DNA of 64,000 nucleotides from an uncultured Gammaproteobacteria bacterium (GTDB lineage Bacteria; Pseudomonadota; Gammaproteobacteria; JAGOUU01): NCBI GenBank assembly GCA_963977185.1, contig CAXBNV010000004.1, positions 51,848 to 115,847 of the forward strand, read 5' to 3'. Shown piece by piece: positions 10,028 to 20,056 of this stretch (position 1 is its first letter; each line of letters starts with the position of its first letter). The notes under the pieces were generated by a model. It saw only the letters and a program-made list of their open reading frames with translations, ran no database searches and was not told where the DNA came from. The position numbers and the translations under genes were made by a program.

Positions 10028-12049
10028 ATGATGAGTATACAAAGTAAGTTTTTAAAAATAATTTTGGCATTAATTATTATTTTAAATATATCTTTTGTAA
10101 ATGCAGCAAATACAGCAAATAAAAGAATTTGGAATTTAAATAATGTTGAATTATTAGCCGTTATTGGTGAAATTTCAAAAGAAACAGGTAAGAATTTTTT
10201 AATAGATCCACAAGTATCAGGTAAAGTGACTTTAGTCTCATCTCATCCAATGGAGTCAGATGAAGCTTATCAAGTTTTTCTATCAATATTACAAATATTA
10301 GGATATATAGCCGTTGATTCTGGTGATGTTGTTAAAATTGTACCACAATCACTTGCTCGTTCGATGGCAACTCCAGTTGTAAATAGTCAAAATCCAGGGC
10401 ATGGCGATGAAATGGTAGTTCGTGTTGTAACTGTTAGACATGTATCTGCCATGCAAATGTCCAGTGTATTGAGAAATTTAATTAGTAATCAAGGTAGCAT
10501 TACCGCATATCAACCATCTAATAGCTTAATTATTGCTGATTATGCCGCAAATATAAATAAATTATTAAGAATTATTCAAGCGGTTGATAAAAATACGGTA
10601 GATAGTCTTGAAATTATAAGATTAGATCATGGTAATGCTAATGAAATTGTTTCTACTTTAACGAATTTACTACAAGATAAAATGTCATATGGAGATTCTC
10701 CAAAAACTAAATTTAAATTAGCAGCAGACAATCGAATTAATGCTGTAATTGTTATGGGTGATAAAGAAAAAAGGTTACAAATAAGAGCTATGATAGCCAA
10801 TTTAGATGCTCCTGCCCCTAAAGACAGCAGTAACACTCATGTTTATTATTTGAAAAATCAGAAAGCAAAAGATATCGTAACTATAGTATCAGGCATAGCA
10901 GGAGCATATTATGGTACTAAAGGCAGTGGCACTGCAACCAGTTACAATAGTAACCAAGGCACTGTTTCTGCACCAGGAGCTAAAGCTGGAGCTACACCAA
11001 GTGCCCCAGTTATTGGTTCGAACGGTATTATTGAAGATCCTACAACCAACTCTATAATTTTAACAGGGCCTCCGGAATTAATACGTTCATTAAGAAGTAT
11101 TATTTCTCAATTAGATATCAGACGAGCGCAGGTATTAATTGAAGCAGCTATTGTTGAGGTTGATGTTGATGATAATTTAAATTTAGGAATAGAATGGCGA
11201 ACTAATCAAACTAACAATGGTTGGAGAGGTGGCTTTAGCTCAGGAGGAACTACAGCTGATGCGTCAACAGCTTTAGTTAATGGTGTATTAAATGGTCCAG
11301 CAGCAACTGGAACTGATCCTTTTGATATTTTGCCATTTCAAGGTTTGACTTTAGGATTTATAAAAGGGGGTCAAAGTATTAGGGCGATTGTAAACGCTTT
11401 AAAATTTAGATCTAATGCTAATATCGTATCAACTCCTTCATTAGTTGTTCTTGATAATCAAAAAGCATCTATTTCTATTCAAGAAGAAATTTCTTATAAT
11501 AATAGTTCCATTACTTCAAATACAGGTGCTGTAACTACAGGTAGTGCTTATAAAAACTCAGGGTTAAAGTTAGAAGTAACTCCAATGCTTACTAAAGGAG
11601 AAGTTGTTCGTCTAGAAGTTAATCAGCAGCTTGGTAATACAACAGGAGTTGGAGCTAATGGTAACCCTAATTTCTTGGACAGAGAAATAGATACAACCGT
11701 TTTAGTTGATGATAAAGACATTCTTGTTTTAGGTGGATTAATAAGAGAGACAGATACGGACGTTATTACTAAAATTCCATATATAGGCGATATACCGATA
11801 ATTGGTAATTTAGCTAAAAGTCGTAGCAAAGCTAAGAAAAAAACTAATTTAATGATATTTATAAGACCTGTTATATTAAGATCTAAAATGGATAATATTA
11901 ATGTTACTGCATCTAAATACGATATGATGCGTGGTGATCAAATTTTACAAAAAGTAGATCCAGAAGCTATCATTTCACCCGATAAAGAGTTGATGTTGCC
12001 GCCTCATAATCCCAAAGATCGAGGGGTTAAATTACCATGGCCATTTTAG
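10028..12049 (+). CDS. gspD: Type II secretion system secretin
   Basis: Signal peptide. N-domains and a secretin C-domain (VLVDDKDILVLGGLIRE...IPYIGDIPIIGNLAKS). Confidence 0.9.
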   Translation: MMSIQSKFLKIILALIIILNISFVNAANTANKRIWNLNNVELLAVIGEISKETGKNFLIDPQVSGKVTLVSSHPMESDEAYQVFLSILQILGYIAVDSGDVVKIVPQSLARSMATPVVNSQNPGHGDEMVVRVVTVRHVSAMQMSSVLRNLISNQGSITAYQPSNSLIIADYAANINKLLRIIQAVDKNTVDSLEIIRLDHGNANEIVSTLTNLLQDKMSYGDSPKTKFKLAADNRINAVIVMGDKEKRLQIRAMIANLDAPAPKDSSNTHVYYLKNQKAKDIVTIVSGIAGAYYGTKGSGTATSYNSNQGTVSAPGAKAGATPSAPVIGSNGIIEDPTTNSIILTGPPELIRSLRSIISQLDIRRAQVLIEAAIVEVDVDDNLNLGIEWRTNQTNNGWRGGFSSGGTTADASTALVNGVLNGPAATGTDPFDILPFQGLTLGFIKGGQSIRAIVNALKFRSNANIVSTPSLVVLDNQKASISIQEEISYNNSSITSNTGAVTTGSAYKNSGLKLEVTPMLTKGEVVRLEVNQQLGNTTGVGANGNPNFLDREIDTTVLVDDKDILVLGGLIRETDTDVITKIPYIGDIPIIGNLAKSRSKAKKKTNLMIFIRPVILRSKMDNINVTASKYDMMRGDQILQKVDPEAIISPDKELMLPPHNPKDRGVKLPWPF

Positions 12050-13611
12050 ATAATGAAAAAGATAAGCTTGAAAATATAGTAGAGTCATCTATTAATGTTA
12101 ATAATGAAAAATTAATTGATAACGATCAGATAGAATCTAAAAAAATATCAATAAGTTATAGTTATGCTAAAGACAAAGGGGTAGTCATAACGGAATTAAG
12201 GCATAATTTAGCTAAAGTAGTATGCAAAGAAGATATAGATATAGGCATTTTATCTGAACTTAGGCGCCATTTAGGTAGACCCATAGATATTAAAAAAGTA
12301 GATGCTAAAGCTTTTAATGAAGCTTTGGTTAAATCATATGAGTCAGATAATTCTGAAACTCAACAAATGATGGAATCTATAGAAGAAGATTTAGATTTAG
12401 ATTTATTATCTCAAGAACTGCCAAGTACTCAGGATTTATTAGCCAGTGAAAATGATGCGCCAATTATCAGATTAATAAATGGTATTTTAACTTGTGGTAT
12501 TAAAAGAAATGCATCTGATATTCACATGGAAGTTTATGAAAAGAAATTAATAGTAAGATATAGAATAGATGGAGTTTTAAGTGTAGCACTTGAACCACCA
12601 AGAGCCTTAGCACCTATTATTATTTCTAGAATAAAAGTAATGTCAAAATTAGATATTGCTGAAAAAAGAATACCTCAAGATGGTAGAATAGCATTATTTA
12701 TTGCAGGACATGACGTAGATATTCGAGTCTCAACTTTACCAACCCATTATGGTGAGCGAATTGTGATGAGAATTCTAGATAAAAAATCTGAAAAATTCGA
12801 TTTAACCAGTTTAGGCATGTCTGATAAATCTTTAAATAAATTAAATAAATTATTAAGTACTCCATATGGAGTTCTATTAGTTACTGGTCCAACAGGTTCG
12901 GGTAAATCAACTTCTTTATATGCTATGCTGTCTGTTTTAAATACAGATGAAAGAAATATTCTAACAGTTGAAGATCCAATTGAGTATTATTTACCAGGAG
13001 TTGGTCAAACTCAGGTTAATCCTAAAGTAAATATGACTTTTGCTAAAGGTTTACGAGCTATTTTAAGACAAGATCCAGATATAGTAATGGTTGGTGAAAT
13101 TCGAGATGTAGAGACAGTTGAAGTAAGTATTCAAGCAAGTTTAACAGGACATTTAGTATTTTCAACCTTACATACTAACACAGCAATAGGAGCTATTACT
13201 CGATTGCGTGACATGGGAGTGGAATCTTTTTTATTAGCATCTACTATGATTGGTGTTCTAGCGCAAAGACTAGTAAGAGTTTTGTGTGAAGGGTGCAAGC
13301 AAAAAATTAAAGCTTCAAATGAAGAGAAGCTATTTTTAAATTTAAAAATAGAAGACGAGCTTGATATTTATAAATCTGTTGGTTGCGAAGCTTGTAATCA
13401 ATCTGGTTATAAGGGAAGAACGGGAATTTATGATTTAGTTTCTATAGATGAACCTTTAAAAAGTATGATTATTTCTAATGAATCAGAAAGTAAGATGGAA
13501 AAATATATAAGAGAAACAACCCCTACAATGCGAGATGATGGGATAAGAAAAATATTATTAGGGTTTACAACAATTGAAGAAGTAATGCGCGTTACTACAG
13601 AGGAATTATAG
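12037..13611 (+). CDS. gspE: Type II secretion system ATPase
   Basis: Walker A GPTGSGKST and Walker B region. C-terminal CEGC...CEAC tetracysteine motif. Confidence 0.9.
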   Translation: MAILDNEKDKLENIVESSINVNNEKLIDNDQIESKKISISYSYAKDKGVVITELRHNLAKVVCKEDIDIGILSELRRHLGRPIDIKKVDAKAFNEALVKSYESDNSETQQMMESIEEDLDLDLLSQELPSTQDLLASENDAPIIRLINGILTCGIKRNASDIHMEVYEKKLIVRYRIDGVLSVALEPPRALAPIIISRIKVMSKLDIAEKRIPQDGRIALFIAGHDVDIRVSTLPTHYGERIVMRILDKKSEKFDLTSLGMSDKSLNKLNKLLSTPYGVLLVTGPTGSGKSTSLYAMLSVLNTDERNILTVEDPIEYYLPGVGQTQVNPKVNMTFAKGLRAILRQDPDIVMVGEIRDVETVEVSIQASLTGHLVFSTLHTNTAIGAITRLRDMGVESFLLASTMIGVLAQRLVRVLCEGCKQKIKASNEEKLFLNLKIEDELDIYKSVGCEACNQSGYKGRTGIYDLVSIDEPLKSMIISNESESKMEKYIRETTPTMRDDGIRKILLGFTTIEEVMRVTTEEL

Positions 13612-13612
13612 G

Positions 13613-14869
13613 ATGTCTGTATTTGATTATAAAGCCTTAAATAAATCAGGAAAAGAGATTAAAGGTGTTTTAGAAGGAGATAGTGCAAGAGTTATTCGCC
13701 AGAAACTTAAAGCTCAAGGATTAATTCCTATTGAAGTTATGCTATCTGGTGCTAAATCAACAATAGATAAAGCAAATAAAGATGAGTCATCATCTGTTTT
13801 TTCTAAAATTTTTCATTATAAAAAAGTAACGAAGCTTTCGGTTGCAGAAGTAGCTTTATTGACAAGGCAACTTGCTACTTTATTGAGCGCTGGCATGCAG
13901 ATAGAAGAATCTCTCAAGGTTGTATCAGAACAATCAGATAATCCTAAAATAACTAGAGTTATTTTAGCTGTAAGAGCAAAAGTCCTAGAAGGTCAGTCTT
14001 TAGCAACTGGTCTTTCTGAACATAAAGGAGTTTTTTCTGATTTATATTGTGCAACAGTTAATGCAGGAGAGCATTCAGGTCATCTTGATTTAGTATTAGA
14101 GAGTCTTGCTGATTATACAGAAAAGCAATATAAGCTTTCTCAGAAAATAAGACAGGCATCAGTATATCCAATAATAATGATTTGTTTATCATTTGCTATT
14201 GTTGGTTTTTTAGTAAGTTTTGTTGTTCCAAAATTAGTAAGTACTTTTCAGCAAACAGGCCATGATTTACCGACGGTAACTGTAATACTTATTTATGTTA
14301 GTGATTTTTTAAAAAGTTATGGTGTTTATTTAATAATATTACTTTTTGCTGGTATTTATTTATTCAAAATAGGTTTAAAAAATAATAAATTTGCTTATAA
14401 ATGGCATAAATTTTTATTAAAAATACCAATGATAGGAAACGCCATTAAGGTAATTAATACTTCAAGATTTTCTAGAACTTTTGGTATCTTGTCAAAATCT
14501 GGAGTTTCTGTTTTAGAAGCAATGAAAACAGCTAGTGCGGTTGTTTTGAATAAACCTATTCAAGAGGCATTAGTTGAAGTTATTAAAAAAGTAAGAGAAG
14601 GTGGAGCAATTAGTAAATCATTGCAAACAACTAAAGTCTTTCCTCCAATGAGTATACATTTAATAGCTAGTGGAGAGTCTAGTGGTAAGCTTGAAATGAT
14701 GCTTGAGCGTAGTGCCGATTATCAAGATCAAGAAATAGAAAATTTAATAGGAAATTTCATTAGTTTATTTGAACCAGTTTTAATATTAGTAATGGGATCT
14801 TTAGTTTTATTTATAGTATTAGCAGTATTACTACCTATTTTCCAAATGCAGCAATTTGTAGGTAATTAA
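13613..14869 (+). CDS. gspF: Type II secretion system inner-membrane platform protein
   Basis: Duplicated GspF domains over three TM segments. Operon position. Confidence 0.9.
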   Translation: MSVFDYKALNKSGKEIKGVLEGDSARVIRQKLKAQGLIPIEVMLSGAKSTIDKANKDESSSVFSKIFHYKKVTKLSVAEVALLTRQLATLLSAGMQIEESLKVVSEQSDNPKITRVILAVRAKVLEGQSLATGLSEHKGVFSDLYCATVNAGEHSGHLDLVLESLADYTEKQYKLSQKIRQASVYPIIMICLSFAIVGFLVSFVVPKLVSTFQQTGHDLPTVTVILIYVSDFLKSYGVYLIILLFAGIYLFKIGLKNNKFAYKWHKFLLKIPMIGNAIKVINTSRFSRTFGILSKSGVSVLEAMKTASAVVLNKPIQEALVEVIKKVREGGAISKSLQTTKVFPPMSIHLIASGESSGKLEMMLERSADYQDQEIENLIGNFISLFEPVLILVMGSLVLFIVLAVLLPIFQMQQFVGN

Positions 14870-14910
14870 TAAAAAAGTTTGAAGTGAAATAATCAATAAT
14901 AGGAGAAATT

Positions 14911-15354
14911 ATGATAAATAATATAATAAAAAAAGTGCATATAGACAAACAAAAAGGATTTACCTTTATGGAAATTATGGTTGTCATTGTAATTATTGCT
15001 ATTTTGGCAGTTATGATAGTCCCTAATATTTTAAAAAGAGTAGATCAGGCAAGAGTTGCGAAAGCAGAAAATGATATAAGGACGTTAGAAACATCGTTGG
15101 ACATGTATAAGCTAGGAACAGGAATGTATCCATCAACAGAGCAAGGTTTAGGAGCATTAACAGAAAAACCAACAACAGCGCCAATTCCTGATGGGTGGGA
15201 TGGTCCATATGTTAAGCAGTTGCCTAAAGATCCATGGGGTAATTATTATCAATATTCTTTCCCTGGTAAACATGGCAATGATAGCTTTGATGTTTTTAGT
15301 AAAGGTCCTCCAGGAGAGAGAAAAGAAATAGGAAATTGGAATTTACAATCATAG
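14911..15354 (+). CDS. gspG: Type II secretion major pseudopilin
   Basis: Prepilin leader KQKG/FTFMEIMVVIVIIAILA. Strong AGGAGA Shine-Dalgarno. Conserved GspG body. Confidence 0.85.
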   Translation: MINNIIKKVHIDKQKGFTFMEIMVVIVIIAILAVMIVPNILKRVDQARVAKAENDIRTLETSLDMYKLGTGMYPSTEQGLGALTEKPTTAPIPDGWDGPYVKQLPKDPWGNYYQYSFPGKHGNDSFDVFSKGPPGERKEIGNWNLQS

Positions 15355-15357
15355 TTT

Positions 15358-15909
15358 ATGAGCTTAATAATAAGGATATTAAAAGCTAAAAAAAAAAATA
15401 ACATAAACTATAAATATCAAGGGTTTACTTTTATTGAGATAATGGTCATTCTAGCCATAATGACCATTATAGTTACTGTTGTTGGAATATCTATTTCTGC
15501 GTTTAACTCAAAAATAAAGGCGGGCCCTTTTAGTTATTATTTAAAACAAGCGTTTGGGTTAATAGAGCAAAGAGCAATATTAGAACAAAATAATTTTGGA
15601 GTTTGTATATATAAAAAAGGTATATTAATTTACAGATATAATCAAACTAATTCTAGTTGGCAAGAAATTTCAAATAATATAGAGTCAAAAAATGTGACTT
15701 TTCCAGACACATTAAAAATTAATTTAATGATTAATGAGCAGCAGACAAAATTACCTATTAATTGCATTGAGCCCAATCTTATTTTTAATACAGGTGGTTT
15801 TATAACGCCTTTTCAATTGCTTATTCAAGATAAATCAACCATTTTTACAGTCACAGGAAACTATGGTGGAGGAATAAGTGTTGCACAAAAAACTGAAAGT
15901 AAGATTTAA
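15358..15909 (+). CDS. gspH: Type II secretion minor pseudopilin H
   Basis: Prepilin motif QGFTFIEIMVILAI after a 22-aa leader. Operon order. Confidence 0.65.
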   Translation: MSLIIRILKAKKKNNINYKYQGFTFIEIMVILAIMTIIVTVVGISISAFNSKIKAGPFSYYLKQAFGLIEQRAILEQNNFGVCIYKKGILIYRYNQTNSSWQEISNNIESKNVTFPDTLKINLMINEQQTKLPINCIEPNLIFNTGGFITPFQLLIQDKSTIFTVTGNYGGGISVAQKTESKI

Positions 15910-16309
15910 TTCAATACCGAGTGTAAATAAAGCATTTACCTTAATAGAAATATTAATTGCTTTGGTTATTATTTCTTTAGCAACGACAGCATTAATGTCA
16001 GCTATTAGTTCAACCATAACTCAAATTGAATATTTGAATGATAAAACTAAAGCACATTTTGTCGCTCAAAATTTATTAACAAGCTTACAACTTAATTTGT
16101 TAGATATGAAGCTTGCAAATGGAAAGATGCATGGAACGAGAAAACTTGGTCTTCGCAATTGGTATTGGACTATTACTGTTAAAACTAAAGCTTTAGAGAA
16201 TTTAGCTAATGTGGAGATATTTAACATAAAAGTTGACGTGGCCAAAGCAGATAATAAAAACAAAGTAATTGATTCAGTAACAAGTTATGCGCCGATATAT
16301 AAGAATTAA
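15878..16309 (+). CDS. gspI: Type II secretion minor pseudopilin I
   Basis: Prepilin motif KAFTLIEILIALVII. Operon order. Confidence 0.65.
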   Translation: MLHKKLKVRFNSIPSVNKAFTLIEILIALVIISLATTALMSAISSTITQIEYLNDKTKAHFVAQNLLTSLQLNLLDMKLANGKMHGTRKLGLRNWYWTITVKTKALENLANVEIFNIKVDVAKADNKNKVIDSVTSYAPIYKN

Positions 16310-16946
16310 ATATGGATTTACCTTAATTGAACTTTTAATAGCAATATTTATTTTTGCAATTATATCTATTATTGCTTTAAGTGCATTTATGTCAGCAGAG
16401 CGATCTAAAGGACAGGTTATTAAGGCTATTGATAGTTTGACTAATGTGCAAAAATCTTATGTTATTATGAAACGTGATATTGCTCAAATAATTAATCGAT
16501 CTGTTTTGAGTGAAAATGGAAAAAATGAGATTGCTGTAGCATCGGGGGGGAGTCATAAATTAGCAAAATCATCTTGGGGTAGTAATATTTTAGAGATTAC
16601 TCGAATGGGAAATATTCCTTTAGCAACCGATCAGAAAGTTAGTAATTTGGTTCGTATAGCATATTATTTTGATGGTAAAAAATTAAGAAGAATAAGCTTT
16701 AGAGAGTTAGATCATACAAAAAACTCTATAATTGATTCTAATGAAATAATGTCAGATATTAGCAATTTTACAGTAAAGTTTGTTGATGTTTTTGGTTCTG
16801 AAGTATCAAGTTGGTTTATGGAAAGTTCAGCCAAAAATAGTTCTTATAGTAATTTGCCTTATGGAATTATTATAAGATTTAGAACAAAGTCTCTTGGGGA
16901 AATTGAATGGGTATTCGCTTTACCGGTAATAAATAATAAAAGTTAA
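16287..16946 (+). CDS. gspJ: Type II secretion minor pseudopilin J
   Basis: Prepilin motif GFTLIELLIAIFIFAI. Operon order. Confidence 0.65.
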   Translation: MRRYIRIKYGFTLIELLIAIFIFAIISIIALSAFMSAERSKGQVIKAIDSLTNVQKSYVIMKRDIAQIINRSVLSENGKNEIAVASGGSHKLAKSSWGSNILEITRMGNIPLATDQKVSNLVRIAYYFDGKKLRRISFRELDHTKNSIIDSNEIMSDISNFTVKFVDVFGSEVSSWFMESSAKNSSYSNLPYGIIIRFRTKSLGEIEWVFALPVINNKS

Positions 16947-16964
16947 GAGTAAAAGTAAAAGTTA

Positions 16965-18095
16965 ATGTTAAATGTAACTAGAAGATATAACAAAGTATTT
17001 AAAACTTATAATCAAGGCGTTGCTTTGCTGACAGCTTTATTATTTGTAGTATTATCTGTTAGTGTCTCAACAGTGTTATTTATGCTTATGCAAGTTGAAC
17101 TAGGTTTTGCTGATCTTATGATTTCAGGAGATAGGGTGCAAAATAGTTTGAAATTTGTAGAGACAGAAGCTATTGCATTATTGAATAAACGTAATATTTC
17201 TACTAAAAAAATAATTAATCAATCTGATATTAATATAAATTATATAACTGATTATAAATTTAAAAAACAAGTGATCAATTATGTTAATGTTTATGGAAAT
17301 CTAGAAATTCAAAATGGTAAATTTAATATAAATTATTTATATGATCCAGTTTTTTGTAATAATCAAGATGAAAGTTCAGAGAAAGTGACTTCAAGTGATT
17401 CAAAAAAAACGATTACTAAGCAAATATTTACAAATATTTTATTAAATTTAAGTACTGATGGAGGAGAAAAGAGTAGTATAGAGTCAATAACTCCTGATGT
17501 AGCAGCAAAAATTATTGTAGATATTCAAAATTGGATGTGCCCAGTTAATGCTCCAATAGCTAAAGATAACAAAGATCCATATATAAAAAATATAGAAGAT
17601 AATAATAAAAACAATCAATGGCCCTACCAAAGAGGTTCACAGATGCTAGTTGGCATCAGTGAGTTAAAATTAATAAAGAGCATAGATAATAATTTATATA
17701 ATGCTTTAATAGAGCATGTTTCTGTTTGGCCATTGTCATCTGGAAATGTAGATGTTAAATTTGATGTTAGGTTTTTAAGTCCTTCTATTTTTGCTGCCAT
17801 ACTAAATGAAGATATAAATACTGCTAAGTCAAAATTACAAGAAATATCAAAAATAAAAACATCAGATAATAAGAAAAACGCTATAATTAAATTAATAGAA
17901 CAAAGCAGTGCTTATAAAGATCAAGATAAAAAAGAAGAGCTTAAGATTATATCTAGTTTATTAGGTACAGATCAAAACTTATATTATTTATTATCTTCAA
18001 ATGCAGCACAAGGCAAGTTTAATATTACTGCATATACACTGTTAAATTTCAATAGTAATGCTAATGTCGTTTGGCGCAGTTACGGTATTTTATAA
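16965..18095 (+). CDS. gspK: Type II secretion minor pseudopilin K
   Basis: N-terminal hydrophobic pseudopilin-like segment, ~376 aa, in the gspK position. Confidence 0.6.
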   Translation: MLNVTRRYNKVFKTYNQGVALLTALLFVVLSVSVSTVLFMLMQVELGFADLMISGDRVQNSLKFVETEAIALLNKRNISTKKIINQSDININYITDYKFKKQVINYVNVYGNLEIQNGKFNINYLYDPVFCNNQDESSEKVTSSDSKKTITKQIFTNILLNLSTDGGEKSSIESITPDVAAKIIVDIQNWMCPVNAPIAKDNKDPYIKNIEDNNKNNQWPYQRGSQMLVGISELKLIKSIDNNLYNALIEHVSVWPLSSGNVDVKFDVRFLSPSIFAAILNEDINTAKSKLQEISKIKTSDNKKNAIIKLIEQSSAYKDQDKKEELKIISSLLGTDQNLYYLLSSNAAQGKFNITAYTLLNFNSNANVVWRSYGIL

Positions 18096-18150
18096 AAATT
18101 TTATATAGGAATTAAATTTGCAAGAATATATTTTTTTATTATTTTCAGAA

Positions 18151-19530
18151 ATGGAGAATTTGGCGCGTTATTTAGTATTAAATGACTCTGGAAATAAAAT
18201 CTCTTTTAGTGATAATGAGGAAGAGTTAGAAAGTTTAAGTTATTTATGTAAAAATCGACAAGTTATTATTTTGATTCCAGGTAAATATGTTAGTTTTCAT
18301 ACTGTAGTGTTGCCACCAGGAACTCATGATAAGTTACAAGCAAGTTTGCCTTATATTTTAGAAGATGAAATTTCTGATAACATTGATGATTTACATTTTG
18401 TATTAGGGCCAAAAATATTAGAACAAGATAGTTTTAATGATGACAAAAAAGACAATCAAGAACCAAAAGATGATTTAGATGATTTGGAAATTCAAGCTAA
18501 AGAGCTTATTAATGCTAATGAAAATATAGAAAATATAGAAAATATAGAAAATTCGTCTGATATTAATAAGCAACAATATACAAAAAGTTCATTGAAAAAC
18601 TCATTTTTTAATAAGAAAAAAGAAAGTAATTATCTAGTAGCAGTAATATCTAAAGATATTATGGAATATTATTATAATTTACTTAAGACACATGGCATCA
18701 AACCTGACTTTTTGTTACCTGATAATTATTGTTTAGCTAATAATTTTACAAATCAAATTTATGTAAATGGTCTAGATAAACTGATTTATTTAATTAGTGC
18801 AAATTATAACTCATATGTTGTAGACATAAGTAATAAAGATTTTTTTGTTAAAAATTTTTTACAGAATAATCTTTCAGATAATGATGTTTATTATTACAGA
18901 GAAGAAAAAAAATTAACTATTGAAAATATTAACAGTGAAACAATAGTTGATTCAGGAATAGAGCTGTTTGCAATAAAATGGCTGACGCAAAGTTTTAAAT
19001 TAAATTTGTTAACAGGAAAATTTAAGATTTTTAAGTTACAAATTAAGAATAAATATTTGTGGAAAATAGCTTTAAGTTTAATAATTGTTATAGTGTTAGC
19101 TGATTTTGGAATAAATTTGTCTAAGTATATATTAATTAATCAGCAAATTAATGATGTAAATAATCAAATATCTCAAGAATGGAAAAGAGCGTTTCCAAAA
19201 AATTTATCCATGCCTTTGCCCCAAAATAATGCAGAAATAACAACTTTAATATCAAGAGAAATTGAGAAGGTTGACAGGCAACAACTGCAAAATAACTTTT
19301 TTTCTACTTTAAATACTTTAGGAGTAATATTGTCTCAATATAGTAACATAAAACTTGAGAGTATTAATTTTGTTGAGGATCAAATGGAAATAAAATTAAT
19401 TACTCCTAATATTATTTTATTAAATAATTTTGAGAAAGCATTTAAAAGTAAAAACAAAAATATTAAACGAATAAGTTTAATTGAAGATAAAAATTCTTTT
19501 GTTGCAGGGTTTATGATTAAAGTAGGATAA
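18151..19530 (+). CDS. gspL: Type II secretion system protein L
   Basis: Cytoplasmic domain, single TM (WKIALSLIIVIVLADFGINL) and a periplasmic domain. ATG at 18151; the track start at 18118 is TTG. Confidence 0.55.
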   Translation: MENLARYLVLNDSGNKISFSDNEEELESLSYLCKNRQVIILIPGKYVSFHTVVLPPGTHDKLQASLPYILEDEISDNIDDLHFVLGPKILEQDSFNDDKKDNQEPKDDLDDLEIQAKELINANENIENIENIENSSDINKQQYTKSSLKNSFFNKKKESNYLVAVISKDIMEYYYNLLKTHGIKPDFLLPDNYCLANNFTNQIYVNGLDKLIYLISANYNSYVVDISNKDFFVKNFLQNNLSDNDVYYYREEKKLTIENINSETIVDSGIELFAIKWLTQSFKLNLLTGKFKIFKLQIKNKYLWKIALSLIIVIVLADFGINLSKYILINQQINDVNNQISQEWKRAFPKNLSMPLPQNNAEITTLISREIEKVDRQQLQNNFFSTLNTLGVILSQYSNIKLESINFVEDQMEIKLITPNIILLNNFEKAFKSKNKNIKRISLIEDKNSFVAGFMIKVG

Positions 19531-19534
19531 ATAT

Positions 19535-20044
19535 ATGTTCTTAATTAAAAATATAAAATCTTTTCAAAATAAATGGCAAAAATTTGCATTAAGAGAAAAA
19601 ATATTATTAAGTCTTTGTTGCGCAGCAATTATAACTTTGATTTTATATCTGCTATTTAATTCTTTTTTTTCTTTTAATATTGAAGATCAGCAAGAAACTT
19701 TGCAAAATAAACAATATGTTTTATCTAAAATTATTCCCGCTATAAAAAAAATAAATAAAATAAAATCAGATAGCATCGATTATAAAAAAATTCCAAATGG
19801 AAATTTAATTAATTTTATTAAACAAGAAATAGAGTCTTTAAATATAAAAAATCTTAATAAAGATGTGTATAAAATTCATGGAAATAGAATTAGAGTAGAG
19901 ATTAAGGAAATTAATTTTGATAAAATTATCTCTTGGCTGCAAAAACTTAGCCAAGTATATGGTATTAAAATTGTTAGAGCACATATAGATAGAATTGATA
20001 AAAAGCCAGGCGATGTTAACTTTATGATTGAATTAGAACAATAA
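19535..20044 (+). CDS. gspM: Type II secretion system protein M
   Basis: Short cytoplasmic N-terminus, one TM and a periplasmic domain. Follows gspL. Confidence 0.55.
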   Translation: MFLIKNIKSFQNKWQKFALREKILLSLCCAAIITLILYLLFNSFFSFNIEDQQETLQNKQYVLSKIIPAIKKINKIKSDSIDYKKIPNGNLINFIKQEIESLNIKNLNKDVYKIHGNRIRVEIKEINFDKIISWLQKLSQVYGIKIVRAHIDRIDKKPGDVNFMIELEQ

Positions 20045-20056
20045 GGATAAGTATTT

